Shown piece after piece: positions 60,501 to 64,000 of a DNA stretch of 64,000 nucleotides. Origin of the DNA: Diadema antillarum (Eukaryota); assembly GCF_040938485.1 (NCBI RefSeq), contig NW_027271292.1:124001-188000 (forward strand), written 5' to 3'. Positions within the stretch are counted from its first letter, which is position 1, and every line of letters starts with the position of its first letter. The notes under the pieces are model-generated. The model made no database searches. It was not told the DNA's origin and saw nothing but the letters and a program-made list of their open reading frames with translations. The translations under genes were made by a program, and so were the position numbers.

Positions 60501-61067
60501 AAGCCTTTAACACATAGAAGACTAGTTGCAAGTATTCTTGGGAGTGCTTTAGCAATATCAGCTTGTCCTCAACAGATTATTCCTTGGCTCTGCGTAACTG
60601 TACAACCAATTTCTGTTCAAAGCATTTCATAATGTAACTGTGCAAACCTAGTAGTAAAGGAAAGGAGGTGTTTTTGTATTTCTTGCCATACATACAAATG
60701 AGCTGAGCAATGCACAGCAATACCTTATTCTTGACCCTTGATGTGAATAGAAAGGTACTTAACTCTGAATTCTGTGTGTTGTTACAACTAGTGCGCTATT
60801 TTTGCACGCACACAAGTAGATATTGTATGAAAGAATGTCAACAAAACATGTGAGTATTTTGGTACACGTGAGAGAAAATTATCATTGAAGAATGCTTGGC
60901 ACTGGCTTTCATCTCATTAATGCCAGTTCTGATGCATGGTTTGGTATTGATATCCTTTTATTATGCAGGCCCTGAAGAAACTGATAAGTAAGAATACCTG
61001 CATGATAGCTATCTCAGCTCCATGCTTCCCTCATGGCATCATCGACCCTGTTGAAGACATTGCCAAG
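52086..61067 (+). CDS. SGPL1: Second sphingosine-1-phosphate lyase-like gene (SGPL1b), first 9 coding exons; the remainder lies beyond the window
   Basis: Exons 52086-52121, 53875-54022, 54784-54851, 55925-56075, 57066-57142, 58546-58674, 59465-59553, 60238-60346, 60969-61067. GT-AG introns, phases chain without stops. Lengths 148/68/151/77/129/89/109/99 mirror SGPL1a (148/68/151/80/129/89/109/99). Confidence 0.92.
53875..54022 (+). CDS. SGPL1: SGPL1b exon with the membrane anchor
   Basis: cagtag|FSAALVVAETLDHVDDVLSEWPPVQLVLITAIAVIALLSLHRWVWDSHL|gtgagt; 148 nt as in SGPL1a. Confidence 0.8.
54784..54851 (+). CDS. SGPL1: SGPL1b exon
   Basis: (T)LLERGKRKFFRMLRSAPYIGRK|gtaata. Confidence 0.9.
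55925..56075 (+). CDS. SGPL1: SGPL1b exon
   Basis: IQEELTTTKANIAKSSFKLPKGQSYQTCLPQTGMGKDELMDCIKKNYKNV|gtaagc. Confidence 0.9.
57066..57142 (+). CDS. SGPL1: SGPL1b exon
   Basis: (E)EIAWQEGKVSGTVYIGDENKELMGK|gtaaac. Confidence 0.92.
58546..58674 (+). CDS. SGPL1: SGPL1b exon with the altered NPLH motif
   Basis: [43 protein letters not shown]|gtgagt. Confidence 0.93.
59465..59553 (+). CDS. SGPL1: SGPL1b exon
   Basis: TTSGGTESLLLACLAYREYAAAKGITKPE|gtaagt. Confidence 0.95.
60238..60346 (+). CDS. SGPL1: SGPL1b exon
   Basis: LLPDSGHAAFEKAAHMFDMRIVHSPLEKESYRADVK|gttcgg. Confidence 0.92.
60969..61067 (+). CDS. SGPL1: SGPL1b exon
   Basis: ALKKLISKNTCMIAISAPCFPHGIIDPVEDIAK|gtttgt. Confidence 0.93.
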
Positions 61068-61970
61068 GTTTGTACCGATTGAGATACGTTCAATTCAAAT
61101 CTTAGGGATATGAAACTTGTAGTTTATATCTTTTATTGCTTTAACTTCTTTCTTTTTAAAGTAAATCTTATTCATTTGAAGTCCTGAGTGGTAACAGCCT
61201 CTCAGAGTGAGAAAATAACATTTGTGATGTAAAATTTCCTAACAATGTTTATATGAAAGTCACTTTGAAAGTCACTTCTTTTTTTTTTTTGGACAGTGCT
61301 GAGAATTCAAAGTTGATACCTTGACTGCTTGTTTGATGCCACAGCTGTGATGTGCATCTGAGCAGATAGCTGATATTAAAGGAAAGTAATTATGACCATG
61401 CATTATTTTTTGGGGGGCGTAGTGATAGGATAATGTGATAATGTGATGGCACAGCCATTCTTAATCACACTTATAATCACATATCGTCGCTGGGGTGTCA
61501 AGACCTCGTATCTACACAATGTCAAATGTTCAGGAGAGCCAAAAAAACATGGCGGCCAAAGCACTGTGGCGAATGGGATAGCCTTTCCTTTGACATGCCG
61601 TGGTGGCTTCATTTTTAGAGTAAGACAGTTGGGATTTGGACAGGACATCACTCAACCCATTATTTGACCATTAATCCAAAAAAGTCATTTTCACCAAAAT
61701 TGCAGATACAAGGTCTCGTCACCCCAGCGACAATATATGCTTTAATGTCTTTAAAGTGCAACACACATTCAGTAGGAGAATGTCACTGCTTATTGGGAAG
61801 TAAAGTAGGATCTTACGTATTCCAAAAAGGAATGCAAAGATAAATGTAAATTTTAGCATGAGAGGTAAAGTAAAATGACTGCTGGTAAGCTTCAGTTTCT
61901 TCAAGAAAAAGATAATGAATGATGTCATTTGTCAGAGATGAGATTTAGTGGACCACAAATTGCACTTTGA

Positions 61971-62151
61971 AGGGATGGTATAGCATTGGTTACATATCTC
62001 AACCATATCAAAACCAATTTTCGTCAAATAAACTTTGAATTCGTCTTTGAATAGAATTGTATGTTCTTTCACATTTCATAAGAGGGTTCTCATCTCACAA
62101 AAGATTGGGAAATCTGAAGTCAGCCATCTTAACCAAAACTATACCATCCCT
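61971..62151. mobile_element. Short internally deleted copy of the TTAA-flanked MITE family
   Basis: TTGA|AGGGATGGTATAG...CTATACCATCCCT|TTAA, perfect 13-bp TIR. Confidence 0.7.
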
Positions 62152-63200
62152 TTAACAGAAGGTTAACTTAAGGTTTAACGGAAGGATTCAAGCCCAAATG
62201 TATATGTGATTGGAAGCCTGATAATGAAATGGTAAAATCATTTACACAGTGTATGTGCCATAGAGTTTCAGTGGGACTGGAATTCTTCCCAAGATGAAGT
62301 AAGTGCACAGTCCCTGTAGGTGTGGGTTTGATGTACGTAATGATCCACCGTTAAGCTCTTTACCACTATCATATGATGGAAAAGTGCTGTGTATCACAAC
62401 AACTGTCCCAAATGTGAGTTAGGCAATATCTGTAGTTACTGTAGTTGAAGAACTAAAAAGACTAAAAAGGTACATTGGTTGATATCCTGCTTTTTTCATT
62501 AGTTGTGTGTACAGTTTTCAGTATTATACACATAGATACATTATCTATGTCCGAGTGTTTGTTTGATATTATGGAGTCAAAAGGGTCCTGAGCTTTTGGT
62601 CGTAGCAGAATCTTTGTCAGAGGCAAAATGACAAACATGTAGGGAAAGCAATCACAGATATGGACTACATACAACAAGTCACATACACAGTCTGAGGAGG
62701 GCTAGGGACATGGAACGATGAAAACAAAAGGGATGGATTTAAAATTTGAGGCAGGGAATCAAGCAGGTATTAAAAAGGGCAATTAAGGCTACTGGGTGAA
62801 CAGACAAAAGGCAGAGGTGGGCCAGTGATAATCTCAAGGATCATAGGGGGCAACCTGTGAAGGATAAAGATGAATAGGGAGGCAACATCAAACAAGATTT
62901 GAAGGTACAACAGGAGGATAAGGGGTAGGAAAAGAGTGAAATAGCCACAGCAAGGGTGGGGGGAGTACTGAACAAGTAAAGAGCCACCTCTTTTGTTTGC
63001 ACTGTTCTGTGTCCCCAGCCCTCCTCAGACTGCTTCTTGTATGTAGTTCATAAATGTGATTACTTTCCTTACTTATTTGTCATTTTGCCTCAAGATTCTA
63101 CCAGGATTGAAAGCTCAGGCCCATTTTGACTCCATTTGTAACCCTGCACCTCAAAACAAACAAAAAGTAGCCAGACATGAATTTTTAGTTAAGACCATAT

Positions 63201-63966
63201 GTGACCCGCTACAACAAAATGATCCTAAAGTCGGGCGAGGTCGATTATTTGAAAATTGCATGATATAATCCCCTAATCTTTCTGCTTTAAATTGATATAC
63301 AACACATTTTATAAAAATAATGGGCTGCGGAGATATCGATGGTTAAAAGAGAGCATGTCGAGACGTCTGGAAAATCACTGTTTCGAGAAAAGCGCCCTAA
63401 AAGTCTTCCTTTCGACGCAATCGCGATCAAGGGACACGCTAGTCAGTTTTCACCTCTGGACAATAGAAGGTAAGCCCTTGCAACCCCCGAAGAGTTCATT
63501 CAAGCACATCAGCGTCGGCGGTCTCCTCACCAACCAATCAGTGACCAGGACGTGAGAAGCGGGTGAGCATAGCGCACCCCGCCCGCACGCACCAGTCGAC
63601 TGGGCAGTGTGCGAGCTTCACGCTTCGGTTAGCAGCAAGCAGCAAACTGACCAATGAGATCACTCTGGTCGTTGTTAGGGGCGGAGCCTATCTGTGGCGC
63701 TCAATCCAAATTTCCGAACCAGTTTCTGCTTCGTTGAAACGCAAAAAAAAAAAAAAATGGCTCAGAAAAATGCTATTTTTAAAATCTTTCCTTTGATCAT
63801 TTTGCTTCAAAATGTGGACAGATGATAGAAGACATGTTAGACTCCAATAATATATCAAAATCAGAAAATCGTAGGTTTTGACCAATTTTAATGCTCTGAC
63901 TTCAAACTCGATTTTCACGGCTTCGACCGTGCGCGACTTTAGGACCTTTTTGTTGTAGCGGGTCAC
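63201..63966. mobile_element. MITE with ~45-bp imperfect TIRs flanked by ATAT, in an SGPL1b intron
   Basis: ATAT|GTGACCCGCTACAACAAAATGATCCTAAAGTCG ... CGACTTTAGGACCTTTTTGTTGTAGCGGGTCAC|ATAT. Confidence 0.8.
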
Positions 63967-64000
63967 ATATTCTGAAAGAAAAGACTTTAAGCTTTAAAAT

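Noticed and set aside
61068-64000. SGPL1b as a 3'-truncated pseudogene (no HVDAC/DTHK exon seen)
   Set aside because: The window simply ends within 3 kb of the last exon; introns here are often 1-2.5 kb and this one is TE-filled, so absence is not evidence of truncation.

Overview
Eukaryotic, intron-rich, AT-rich genomic DNA. The repeat landscape (poly-G/C runs, (CA)n, many MITEs, a tRNA-head SINE) and the SRCR gene suggest an invertebrate deuterostome, probably an echinoderm (inference). Four protein-coding genes can be read by hand. (1) The 5' part of a minus-strand secreted SRCR-domain gene that runs off the left edge. (2) A sphingosine-1-phosphate lyase gene (SGPL1a, + strand), with 14 contiguous in-phase exons from 22545 to the stop at 37175 and its PLP-binding motifs intact; its ATG exon is ambiguous, with three candidates. 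(3) A highly divergent vesicular acetylcholine transporter-like (SLC18A3-like) open ORF at 43969-45324 in which several conserved transport residues are replaced. (4) A second, old tandem SGPL1 paralog (SGPL1b, + strand, 9 exons 52086-61067, continuing past the right edge) with the same intron positions but an altered active-site loop. The rest is transposon debris: a 5'-truncated RTE-type LINE with a 9-bp TSD, a deleted ISL2EU-like element with remnants of both of its genes, a Tc1 remnant in a nested stack, Helitron 3' ends, many MITEs, a SINE and a TE-related tandem array of about 10 units. There is one assembly gap (21462-21595). The most interesting signal is the SGPL1a / atypical VAChT-like / atypical SGPL1b cluster. 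Residue numbers for human VAChT and SGPL1 come from recalled reference sequences aligned by eye; no searches were run.
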